Shown here piece after piece: positions 30,079 through 38,325 of a stretch of DNA of 64,000 bases (positions are counted from its first letter, which is position 1; each line of letters begins with the position of its first letter). Both the position numbers and the translations under genes were made by a program. This DNA is from an uncultured Desulfobacter sp. Lineage in GTDB: Bacteria > Desulfobacterota > Desulfobacteria > Desulfobacterales > Desulfobacteraceae. The notes under the pieces were generated by a model that saw only the letters and a program-made list of their open reading frames with translations, was not told the DNA's origin and did not search any database. The stretch lies in NCBI GenBank assembly GCA_963665095.1, contig OY762069.1, positions 3,488,001-3,552,000 on the forward strand, given 5' to 3'.

Positions 30079-30565
30079 GGAAGCAACCATCTGAAACTAT
30101 GGCGTGAAGATGGGGATTGAAATTCAGAAAGTGGCCGTATGTCTGAACAGCAATACTGGCACCGGGAACAGCATCTCAATCCGGGACCGTAGATTTAAGG
30201 TACACTGTAATAACATTCCATGCGCATTTAGAAAGTTTTGCCAGTAAAGTGCGGTCATAGAAAAAATAAATCCGTAACCGTTTAGGGATGCTGAAAACCC
30301 ATTGTCGGTAGGAAACATCCTTTAAAACATTGGTCAGCAGCCATTCTCCATATTCGACAACCCTTTTCTGATGACAGGAGGGGCAAAAATGCCGGCGCTT
30401 GCAAGAAAATGCCAGGAGGTACTCATGGCCACATTCTTCACAACGGCCCCGGCACCCCCCCTATGAAGATCACCACAGTCGAGATATCTGTAAATCACAG
30501 TCATGACGTATGTTCGCCAATAGCCATATCGGGATTTATACATATCATCCCACACCCGTTCCAAC
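30079..30565 (-). mobile_element. IS91-family (HUH rolling-circle) transposase remnant
   Basis: YLDCGDLH, then after a frameshift CEECGHEYLLAFSCKRRHFCPSCHQKR, QWVFSIPKRLR, an internal stop, and QTYGHFLNFNPHLHAIVSDGCF. Confidence 0.85.
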
Positions 30566-30765
30566 TCTTTGGACATCCGGATGCCTATTTCCCCGGGAGA
30601 GCGGGTCCCCGCCCCCATGATGATCCGTTGGACCTGCCGGATAAAACCACCAGGGAAAAATAAGCATCAATCACCTTGACAAGCCTTGTCTCATCAAGTA
30701 ATCCTGAAAAAAATTGCAATTGAAATTGCAACCCGGCAGGTGCCCATGTTGACAGACAAAATTTT

Positions 30766-30818
30766 GCCAGGAAGGCTGAATAGATGGATTTATCTATAAG
30801 GCTTTCCCGGCTTTTTTT
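30766..30818 (+). terminator. Leader terminator/attenuator upstream of aspA
   Basis: GCCAGGAAGGCT...GGCTTTCCCGGC plus T7, about 40 nt before the ATG; TTGACA at 30676. Confidence 0.65.
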
Positions 30819-30857
30819 GTTTAGAGGGGTAATGCACAGTTTTTACAGGATATAACC

Positions 30858-32294
30858 ATGAACAGCCAGAACGAGTTGATGCGCCGTGAACATGATGCTT
30901 TAGGAGAGATGGAAATCCCGGCCAATGCCTACTACGGCATCCATACCATGCGGGCAAAGCAGAATTTCCCTTTTTCAACCGCCACCATTCCTGCCCCGTT
31001 TATCCGGGCGTTGGGACAGGTGAAGCAGGCCTGTGCCCGGACCAGCATTGATATAGGCTTTCTTGATCCGGAACCGGGAGAGGCCATCATCAAGGCCTGT
31101 GAAGAACTTGAAACCGGACAGTTGTCTGCGCACATTGTGGTGGACCCCTTCCAGGGCGGGGCCGGTACCTCCACCAATATGAACGTCAATGAGGTCCTTG
31201 CCAATCGCGCCGAAGAGATCCTGGGCGGCAGTCCCGGCCAGTACCGGCTGGTTCACCCCATCCATCACGTCAATAAGTTTCAGTCCACCAATGATGTCTA
31301 TCCCACGGCCCTGAAAGTGGCGGCCCTGGGGCTATTAGTGACCCTTGAAAATGAAGTGGCGGTCCTCCAGCAGGTACTCCAGGAAAAGGAAGGGGAGCTG
31401 CGCAACATTGTGAAGGTGAGCCGTACGGAACTGGTGGATGCCGTTCCCATGACCCTGGGCATGACCTTTGGGGCCTTTGCCGAGGCTGTGGCCCGTGACC
31501 GCTGGCGCATTTTTAAAAGCCGGGAGCGGATCAAGCGGGTGAACCTTGGCGGCACCGCCATTGGCACAGGCCTGGGTGCGCCCAGGGATTATGTGCTGAA
31601 GGTAACGGAAAATTTGCGCCATATCTGCGGGCTGCCTGTATCCCGGGCCGAAAACCTCATGGACGCCACCCAGAATATGGACCCCTTTGTGGAGGTGTCG
31701 GGCATGCTGAAAGCGTATGCCGCCAACCTGCTGAAGATTTCATCGGATCTGCGCCTGCTTGCCAGCGGGCCTGACACAGGCATTGGTGAAATTACCCTTG
31801 AACCGCTACAGGCAGGATCCTCAATCATGGCCGGCAAGATCAATCCGGTCATGCCCGAAGCAGTCACCCAGGTGGCGCTGAAGGTGATGGGCAATGACCA
31901 GACCATCGGCCTGGCCGCAGGCATGGGACAGCTGGAGCTTAACCACCTGATGCCGCTTCTGGCACATACCTTCCTGGAGTCTTTAATGCTGCTCATCAAC
32001 GCCACCAGAGGGCTTGCCACACGCTGCATCCCCGGCATCAAAGCCAACACGGTGCAATGCCTTTCCCATGTGATGCAGAGCACAGCCCTTGCAACGGTGC
32101 TGGTGCCGGTGCTGGGTTATGACCGGGTGGAAGAGATTGTCCGGGCGGCAAAGGCATCTGGCCGCTCCATCCGGGAAGAGATTATCCATCAGGATATTGC
32201 TTCCGAAGAGATTGTTGACACACTGCTGTCACCCAAACGGCTCTGCAAGTTAGGCTTTATTCCCGATGAGTTCGATGGGGTAAACAGAAAATGA
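30858..32294 (+). CDS. aspA: Aspartate ammonia-lyase
   Basis: YYGIHTMRA, QGGAGTSTNMNVNEV, QSTND and GSSIMAGKINPVMPE. Confidence 0.9.
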   Translation: MNSQNELMRREHDALGEMEIPANAYYGIHTMRAKQNFPFSTATIPAPFIRALGQVKQACARTSIDIGFLDPEPGEAIIKACEELETGQLSAHIVVDPFQGGAGTSTNMNVNEVLANRAEEILGGSPGQYRLVHPIHHVNKFQSTNDVYPTALKVAALGLLVTLENEVAVLQQVLQEKEGELRNIVKVSRTELVDAVPMTLGMTFGAFAEAVARDRWRIFKSRERIKRVNLGGTAIGTGLGAPRDYVLKVTENLRHICGLPVSRAENLMDATQNMDPFVEVSGMLKAYAANLLKISSDLRLLASGPDTGIGEITLEPLQAGSSIMAGKINPVMPEAVTQVALKVMGNDQTIGLAAGMGQLELNHLMPLLAHTFLESLMLLINATRGLATRCIPGIKANTVQCLSHVMQSTALATVLVPVLGYDRVEEIVRAAKASGRSIREEIIHQDIASEEIVDTLLSPKRLCKLGFIPDEFDGVNRK

Positions 32295-32341
32295 AGTTCA
32301 TGACAGGATTGAAAAAGGATTTCCCCTAAGGAGAATTGCTT

Positions 32342-33547
32342 ATGTCCAGTAAGGCCCCCCGCGGTGTTCGTCTCGTTATTGCGCTGGTTGGCAGGCGCAA
32401 TGCGGGAAAATCGTCTCTTATCAATGCCATTTCCGGACAACAGATTGCCATTGTTTCCGACCACCCGGGTACCACCACGGACCCTGTGGCCAAGCAGTAC
32501 GAGCTTCTGCCTCTGGGGCCGGTCACCTTTTATGATACAGCCGGGCTGGATGACGAGGGAGAACTTGGCGACCTGCGTGTCAAAGCCACCCGCAGGATTC
32601 TGTGGCGGTCGGATGTGGCTGTGGTGGTGGTTTCAGAGCACGGCATCACCGATTATGAAAAAAAGATCATTGATGAAATCCGCGAACTGGAAATCCCCTT
32701 TATCATGGTGTTCAACAAGAGTGATTTAAAAACACCTTCTGGCGAAGAGCTTGCCTTTTGCAAGGATAATTCACTGCCGTATATTGTCACTTCCGCCCTG
32801 GACGGGGTGAATGTCACGGCGGTGAAAGAGGCGATCATCGACATTGCCCCGCCCGAAATCAAGCGTGAGCCGGTCCTGGCCGGCGATTTGATCAGTGAGG
32901 GCGACTGGGTGGTCTGCGTGGTACCCATTGACCTGGCCGCCCCCAAGGGACGGCTGATCCTGCCCCAGGTCCAGGTGCTGCGTGAAATCCTGGACTGCGA
33001 TGCCCTGGGGATCATGGTTAAGGAGAGGGAGATTGACGAGGCCCTTTCGGGTCTGAGCCGGAAGCCCGCACTGGTGATCACCGATTCCCAGGTGGTGATG
33101 AGCGTGGCAGGAGACGTGCCTGAAGATATCCCGCTCACCACCTTTTCCATCCTGTTTGCCCGGTACAAGGGGGATATCGGCCAGCTCATCGCCGGGGCCG
33201 CCGCCATTGATGATCTTAAGGACGGGGACCGGGTCCTCATTGCCGAAGCCTGCTCCCACCATCCGGTGGCTGACGACATCGGCCGGGTTAAAATCCCGCG
33301 CTGGATCAACCAGTACACAGGCAAGGATTTGCATTTTGATGTCTATTCCGGCCACGATTTCCCCGACGACCTGGAGAGGTACAGGCTGGCGATCCATTGC
33401 GGGGGGTGTATGATCAACCGCGTGGAAATGCTGCGCCGGATCAAGGAGTGCCGCCGCCGGGGGGTGGCCATTACCAATTTCGGCCTGGCCATCTCCAAGG
33501 TCCAGGGGGTGTTTGACAGGGTGATAAAACCGTTTGGGAGGATGTGA
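32342..33547 (+). CDS. hydF: [FeFe]-hydrogenase H-cluster maturation GTPase HydF
   Basis: GRRNAGKSS, DTAG, NKSD, APKGRLILPQ, EACSHH...HCGGCM. Confidence 0.96.
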   Translation: MSSKAPRGVRLVIALVGRRNAGKSSLINAISGQQIAIVSDHPGTTTDPVAKQYELLPLGPVTFYDTAGLDDEGELGDLRVKATRRILWRSDVAVVVVSEHGITDYEKKIIDEIRELEIPFIMVFNKSDLKTPSGEELAFCKDNSLPYIVTSALDGVNVTAVKEAIIDIAPPEIKREPVLAGDLISEGDWVVCVVPIDLAAPKGRLILPQVQVLREILDCDALGIMVKEREIDEALSGLSRKPALVITDSQVVMSVAGDVPEDIPLTTFSILFARYKGDIGQLIAGAAAIDDLKDGDRVLIAEACSHHPVADDIGRVKIPRWINQYTGKDLHFDVYSGHDFPDDLERYRLAIHCGGCMINRVEMLRRIKECRRRGVAITNFGLAISKVQGVFDRVIKPFGRM

Positions 33548-35214
33548 TGCCTCCTGGAAAAAGCGGTACTGTTTTTGCCGGCAAGATTTTAGACCCGCCA
33601 CCTTCGGCCCGCCGAAAAATTTTCTGCCCGGGCAATACCCTGATTGTCTGCGCAAGACTGGCCTGCGGGCATGTGGAGGAGGCCTGGAGTTCCGGCCGGA
33701 TGATGCGCAACATGGATCTGCTGCTCCAGGGGGAGCTGGATGAACAGAGTCGTCCCTGTTTTGCCCTTCGGGCCAACGGTCTGTGCAATGCCGGGCATAA
33801 GCTGGCTGCAGTGCGGGCACTGGAAAACCTGGCCGGGATAACGCCGCCCAGAAATGCCTGTCTGGCCCGCAGCCTGGTCCAGGCCCTTCGATGTATTCAG
33901 GAGCATCTGCTCCATTTCTATCAGTTTCACCTCTCCAACTGGACCTGTCTGGCACCGGCCCTGCGGGCGGATCCCTGTAAAACAGCCCGGCTGGCCGAGA
34001 ATTCTGGCCGGGCAACCGGATATTTCAGGCAGTGCCAGCAGCGACTGCAGCCCCTGGTCCAAGGCAAAGGGATCAACGGGTTGGGTCTGCGGGATCATGA
34101 GGATTACTGCGGATCAAATGAGTTCCATCTTCTGGTCTTCAGCCACAGCCTGGAATCCCTCCAGACACAGGCGCTGCTCAACAGGGCGTTAGGGTTGATG
34201 GGCTATGAAAACGGGCGGTGTAAAGCCTATCATATGGGTGGCCTTCCGGAAGATCTGAACCTGGGCGGAAAGGTTCTGCAGCACCTGCGCGATCTTCTTT
34301 TGCAATGCCGGGATTTTGTCTGTTCCGTTTTCCTTAAAGACCTTGAACAGGTGGCCCGAACCTATGGCCATTGGAAAGATCTGGCCAAAGGAAATACCTT
34401 TCTGGCCCTGGGCGATTTTGGCCGCCCCCGTGACAGCGAAGGTCAGCTCTTTCCGGCCGGTATTATCTGTCTGGAAGGGGTGACCCCAAAAATTGATCCG
34501 GTGCAGACCGGCCGGATCCGGGAAGATAAGAACCCGCAATGGAACCGCCTGGACCAGGGACACTACCGTCTGGATTTTGGGGATCATGGCCCTGGATTTC
34601 ACTGGGGTAAAGGTGATTTTCACTGGCTTACAGCCCCCCGCCACGGCAGCCACCCTTGCGAGGCCGGGCCCCTGGCCCGGGTGGCCGGCGCCTTTGCCCA
34701 TGGCCAGAAGGCGGTACACCAGGCGGTCAATGACTCTCTTGCCGCCAGCGGGCTTGAACCCGAAGATCTGAACTCCGCTTTGGGCCGCCTGCTGGCCCGG
34801 GGCATTGAATCTTCGGTGCTGGCCCAGACCACCCTGGCATGGCTTGAGGAGTTGGAGACCTCTCTATCCCCGGGAGAGAGCAGGATGGGCGAAGAGGTCC
34901 GCCTGCCTGCCGCAGGTATTGGCATCGGTCATGTGGAGGTGCCAAGGGGGGCTCTGACCCACACCATCCAGGTGGAAAAAAACAGAATCATCCGCCATGA
35001 CTATCTTATTCCCTCGTTGTGGAATTTTTCCCCGCGGGATTCAAACCAGGTGCGCGGCCCTCTGGAACAGGCGCTTTTGGGAACGCCGGTGACTGATCCG
35101 GATCACCCCCTGGAAATTTTACGCATTGTACATGCATTTGATCCCTGCAACCCCTGTCATGTGGTGGTGGAGGACATGGATTCCGGGAAGACGACTGTGG
35201 TGGATGGGGAATAG
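33547..35214 (+). CDS. Degenerate [NiFe]-hydrogenase large-subunit homologue
   Basis: AWSSG, RANGLC (for RxCGxC), HLLHFY, EAGPLAR, EVPRGALTH, WNFSPRD, GPLEQALLGTP and FDPCNPC; TGATG coupling to hydF. Confidence 0.85.
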   Translation: MPPGKSGTVFAGKILDPPPSARRKIFCPGNTLIVCARLACGHVEEAWSSGRMMRNMDLLLQGELDEQSRPCFALRANGLCNAGHKLAAVRALENLAGITPPRNACLARSLVQALRCIQEHLLHFYQFHLSNWTCLAPALRADPCKTARLAENSGRATGYFRQCQQRLQPLVQGKGINGLGLRDHEDYCGSNEFHLLVFSHSLESLQTQALLNRALGLMGYENGRCKAYHMGGLPEDLNLGGKVLQHLRDLLLQCRDFVCSVFLKDLEQVARTYGHWKDLAKGNTFLALGDFGRPRDSEGQLFPAGIICLEGVTPKIDPVQTGRIREDKNPQWNRLDQGHYRLDFGDHGPGFHWGKGDFHWLTAPRHGSHPCEAGPLARVAGAFAHGQKAVHQAVNDSLAASGLEPEDLNSALGRLLARGIESSVLAQTTLAWLEELETSLSPGESRMGEEVRLPAAGIGIGHVEVPRGALTHTIQVEKNRIIRHDYLIPSLWNFSPRDSNQVRGPLEQALLGTPVTDPDHPLEILRIVHAFDPCNPCHVVVEDMDSGKTTVVDGE

Positions 35215-35241
35215 GGCCGGATAAAAAACTGGAAATAACAC

Positions 35242-36255
35242 ATGATGAAACGAAAAAACATATTAGACGCACTGAAAGATAAAGCCGGGCAGGAGGATCT
35301 CTTTGCAGCGGCAGACCAGGTGCGTAAAACCAACCTGGGCGACACAGCCCAGCTGCGCGGCGTGGTCCATTTTTCAAATTACTGCCGGTGCAACGACCTT
35401 TACTGTGGTCTGCTCAAGGATAATCCCGGGTGCAAACGGTTCCGCATGGGTGAAGATGACATTGTGGACACAGCCCTGGCCATTGCCGGCGCCGGCCTGA
35501 AAACCGTGGTCCTGCAGTCGGGTGAGGACCTTTATTACACAAGGGAAATGCTTTGTTCGGTTATTGAGCGGATACTTTCAAAGGCGGATGTGGCCATTAC
35601 CCTGAGTCTTGGGCAGCGGCCCAGAAAGGATTTTCAGGCGTTCCGGGCCGCCGGTGCCCAGCGCTATCTCATGAAGCATGAGACCATGAACCCGGACCTT
35701 TATTCAAGGATGCGTTCGGGCCTGACACTGTCTGACCGGCTGAAGACCATTGATGACCTGCGGGAACTTGGGTTCCAGGTGGGCGTGGGCAATATTGTGG
35801 GCCTGCCCGGCCAGACGATTGCGGACCTGTGCGAGGATATCCTGTTTTTCCAGGATTTCCAGCCGGATATGATCAATATCGGCCCTTTCATCCCCCATGC
35901 CCAGACCCCGCTCAAAGATGAACCGGCCGGGGATATAGAGCTGATGCTCCGGGTGTTTGCCCTGACACGAATTGTCACCGGCAACACCCACATGGCTGCG
36001 GCCAACACTGTGGCCACCCTGGACCCTGAACAGGGCCAGTACCGGGCACTGACCCAGGGCGGCGCCAATGTTATCATGCCCAACTGCAATCCGTTTCAAA
36101 AAAGTAAAACAGACAAAATAGAATATGAGTTTCAGATTACCACCCATAAACGGTATGTGTCCGTGGATGAGGCAAGAAATGTGCTTAAACGGGCAAAGCG
36201 AACTATAGACAAGGGGAAAGGACACTCCCTTAAAATAAAAGGAGACGCGTTTTGA
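35242..36255 (+). CDS. HydE-like radical SAM enzyme with a non-canonical cluster motif
   Basis: SNYCRCNDLYCG, VVLQSGED, RYLMKHET, VGLPGQT, IGPFIPHAQTPL and GANVIMPN. Confidence 0.88.
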   Translation: MMKRKNILDALKDKAGQEDLFAAADQVRKTNLGDTAQLRGVVHFSNYCRCNDLYCGLLKDNPGCKRFRMGEDDIVDTALAIAGAGLKTVVLQSGEDLYYTREMLCSVIERILSKADVAITLSLGQRPRKDFQAFRAAGAQRYLMKHETMNPDLYSRMRSGLTLSDRLKTIDDLRELGFQVGVGNIVGLPGQTIADLCEDILFFQDFQPDMINIGPFIPHAQTPLKDEPAGDIELMLRVFALTRIVTGNTHMAAANTVATLDPEQGQYRALTQGGANVIMPNCNPFQKSKTDKIEYEFQITTHKRYVSVDEARNVLKRAKRTIDKGKGHSLKIKGDAF

Positions 36256-37007
36256 TTAAAGTCGCCATATACGGCAAGGGAGGCATTGGTAAATCCACAG
36301 TGACATCAAGCATTTCTGCTGCCTTAGGCGTTCAGGGATACAATGTCATGCAGATCGGCTGCGATCCCAAGACCGATTCCACCATCAATCTTCTGGGCGG
36401 TAAGGCCCTGACTCCCATCCTTCAGTATCTCCAGGAACAGGGACGTCCTGATACCCTGGACGATATTTCCAGGCGCGGGTTTGCCAATACTGTCTGCATG
36501 GAGGTGGGCGGTCCCACCCCGGGGGTGGGCTGCTTTGGCCGGGGCATGCTGACAGCCTTTGAACTCCTGGACGAGATGGGGGCCTATGATACCTGCCGGC
36601 CGGATGTTGTGTTTTACGATATCATGGCTGATGTGGTGTGTGGCGGCATTGCCGTGCCCATGCGCGAGGGGTTTGCCGACAAGGTCTGCATTGTCACTTC
36701 CGGCGAAAAGATGGCGCTTTTGGCAGCAAAAAACATTATAACGGCCCTGCGCAATTTTGCCGACCGCAACTACGCCGAACTTGGCGGGCTGATCCTCAAC
36801 TGCCGGGACATGCCTGACGAAGTGGCGCGGGTGGACGCCTTTGCAAAGGAGATGCAGACCGAAGTGATCGGGGTGATCCCCCGGGACAGGGCCATCCATG
36901 CGTTTGAGGAGGATGGCAAAACCATTGTGGAGGGGGATCAGACCCTGCCCACCTCGGTCTGTTTTTTTGATTTGGCTAAAACCATTATCGGGTTTAAAAG
37001 TGAATAA
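36252..37007 (+). CDS. Nitrogenase iron-protein-like reductase (NifH/NflH family)
   Basis: YGKGGIGKST, GCDPK, GGPTPGVGCFGRG and DVVCGG; TTGA overlap with the hydE-like gene. Confidence 0.92.
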   Translation: MIKVAIYGKGGIGKSTVTSSISAALGVQGYNVMQIGCDPKTDSTINLLGGKALTPILQYLQEQGRPDTLDDISRRGFANTVCMEVGGPTPGVGCFGRGMLTAFELLDEMGAYDTCRPDVVFYDIMADVVCGGIAVPMREGFADKVCIVTSGEKMALLAAKNIITALRNFADRNYAELGGLILNCRDMPDEVARVDAFAKEMQTEVIGVIPRDRAIHAFEEDGKTIVEGDQTLPTSVCFFDLAKTIIGFKSE

Positions 37008-37017
37008 GGATATTTGT

Positions 37018-38316
37018 ATGGATCTGGATCAAGCCCGCATCAGGGTTGAACATTTACGCAAGAAGCCGGATTTTCCCTTTGCGCCTCTGGAAGGGGTTGG
37101 CCCGAACCTGGCCGGCTGGGGGGTGATCGAGACCTCCCTGATTCTGCCCGAGTCTGTGGCAGTGATGGTGGGGCCCTCGGCCTGCCTGCGCCATTCAGCC
37201 TTTATGGCCCATGCCAGGGGTTTTACCGAACGCTTTTATATGCTGTGCGTGCCGGAACTGGACATGTCCATGGGTAATCATCTGTCCCGGGTGGAGGCCG
37301 CCATCAAGGATATTGCGGACCGGCGCAGTGAAAAGGTCCTTTTCCTGATTGTGGGGTGTCCGGACTATATCCTGGGCACGGATTTCACAGGCGTGATCAA
37401 ACGCCTGGAGGCATCCACGGGCAAAAAAATAATTCTGGGGGCCATGGCGCCCATTACCATCGGGATGAAAGAGTCACCCTTTACCTCGGCCTATACCTCG
37501 TTTTTTGAGTTTTTAAAGGATGAGCCCCGGGTGCCGGATGACGGGGTGGTCAACCTTTTAGGAACTTTTATGCCGCTGTCGGATGACGGGGAGTTTTATC
37601 AGGTGCTGTCGGCCGCCGGCATGGATACGGTGCTGCAGATTCCCTTGTGCCGGGATCTGAAGCAGTTTTCAGGCATGGCCCATGGCCGGGCCTCGGTGGT
37701 CCTGCACCCCCTGGCCAATGGCCTGAGCGGCAAAATGGAGAAGGAGATGGGCATTCCCGCCTGTTTTGCCCCCACCTCCTACGGGTTTTCCGTGATCCGG
37801 GACCTTTACGGAAAAATCAGCGAGGCTGTGGGAAAACCTTTGGATATTGAATCCCATGAACAGTCGGCACGCAAGGCGGCGGAACCGTTGCTTGAAAATT
37901 TACGCGGCAAATCTGCGGCCGTGGGCTGCAGCATTAACGGAAGCCCCTTTGAACTGGCCCTGTTCCTGGTTCAACATGGTGTGAATGTGGAGACCATTTT
38001 TGCCCGGGGCGCCATCAAACCTTACGAATGGGACCTCATCGAACAGTTGCGCGGGGCAAAACCGGATATCCAGGTATACAATGCCTCCCATCCGGCCTTG
38101 TGCGGGCAGACAACCCCTTTTAACCAGGTGGAGATCGCCTATGGCGTTGACGCGGGCATTTTCTGTGTCAATGCGGCCAATGTGCCGCTGTCACGCTACC
38201 AGGAGCAGAAATACGGGTTTGAAGCCACGGTCTGGATGCTGGAACATAGCTGCGAGGCCCTGGCCAATCCGGTGGACAACTATGACTGGATCTACCGGCA
38301 CAATTTTTTGATATAA
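37018..38316 (+). CDS. Nitrogenase component-1-like subunit (alpha-type, group IV)
   Basis: GPSACLRH, VGCPDYILGTD, VVNLLG and PFELALFLVQHG; follows the nifH-like gene. Confidence 0.82.
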   Translation: MDLDQARIRVEHLRKKPDFPFAPLEGVGPNLAGWGVIETSLILPESVAVMVGPSACLRHSAFMAHARGFTERFYMLCVPELDMSMGNHLSRVEAAIKDIADRRSEKVLFLIVGCPDYILGTDFTGVIKRLEASTGKKIILGAMAPITIGMKESPFTSAYTSFFEFLKDEPRVPDDGVVNLLGTFMPLSDDGEFYQVLSAAGMDTVLQIPLCRDLKQFSGMAHGRASVVLHPLANGLSGKMEKEMGIPACFAPTSYGFSVIRDLYGKISEAVGKPLDIESHEQSARKAAEPLLENLRGKSAAVGCSINGSPFELALFLVQHGVNVETIFARGAIKPYEWDLIEQLRGAKPDIQVYNASHPALCGQTTPFNQVEIAYGVDAGIFCVNAANVPLSRYQEQKYGFEATVWMLEHSCEALANPVDNYDWIYRHNFLI

Positions 38317-38325
38317 GGATCATTT

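Noticed and set aside
30686..30760. SAM-I riboswitch-like words (ATCAAG, GCAACC...GGTGC) before aspA
   Set aside because: No P2 kink-turn, no P4 and no matching 3' P1 strand, and the 5' part lies in the probable promoter spacer; an Rfam scan would be needed.
32771..34015. Long antisense ORFs (also 11933-13051 and 59029-60045)
   Set aside because: These are shadows of well-supported genes on the opposite strand and have no recognisable motifs.
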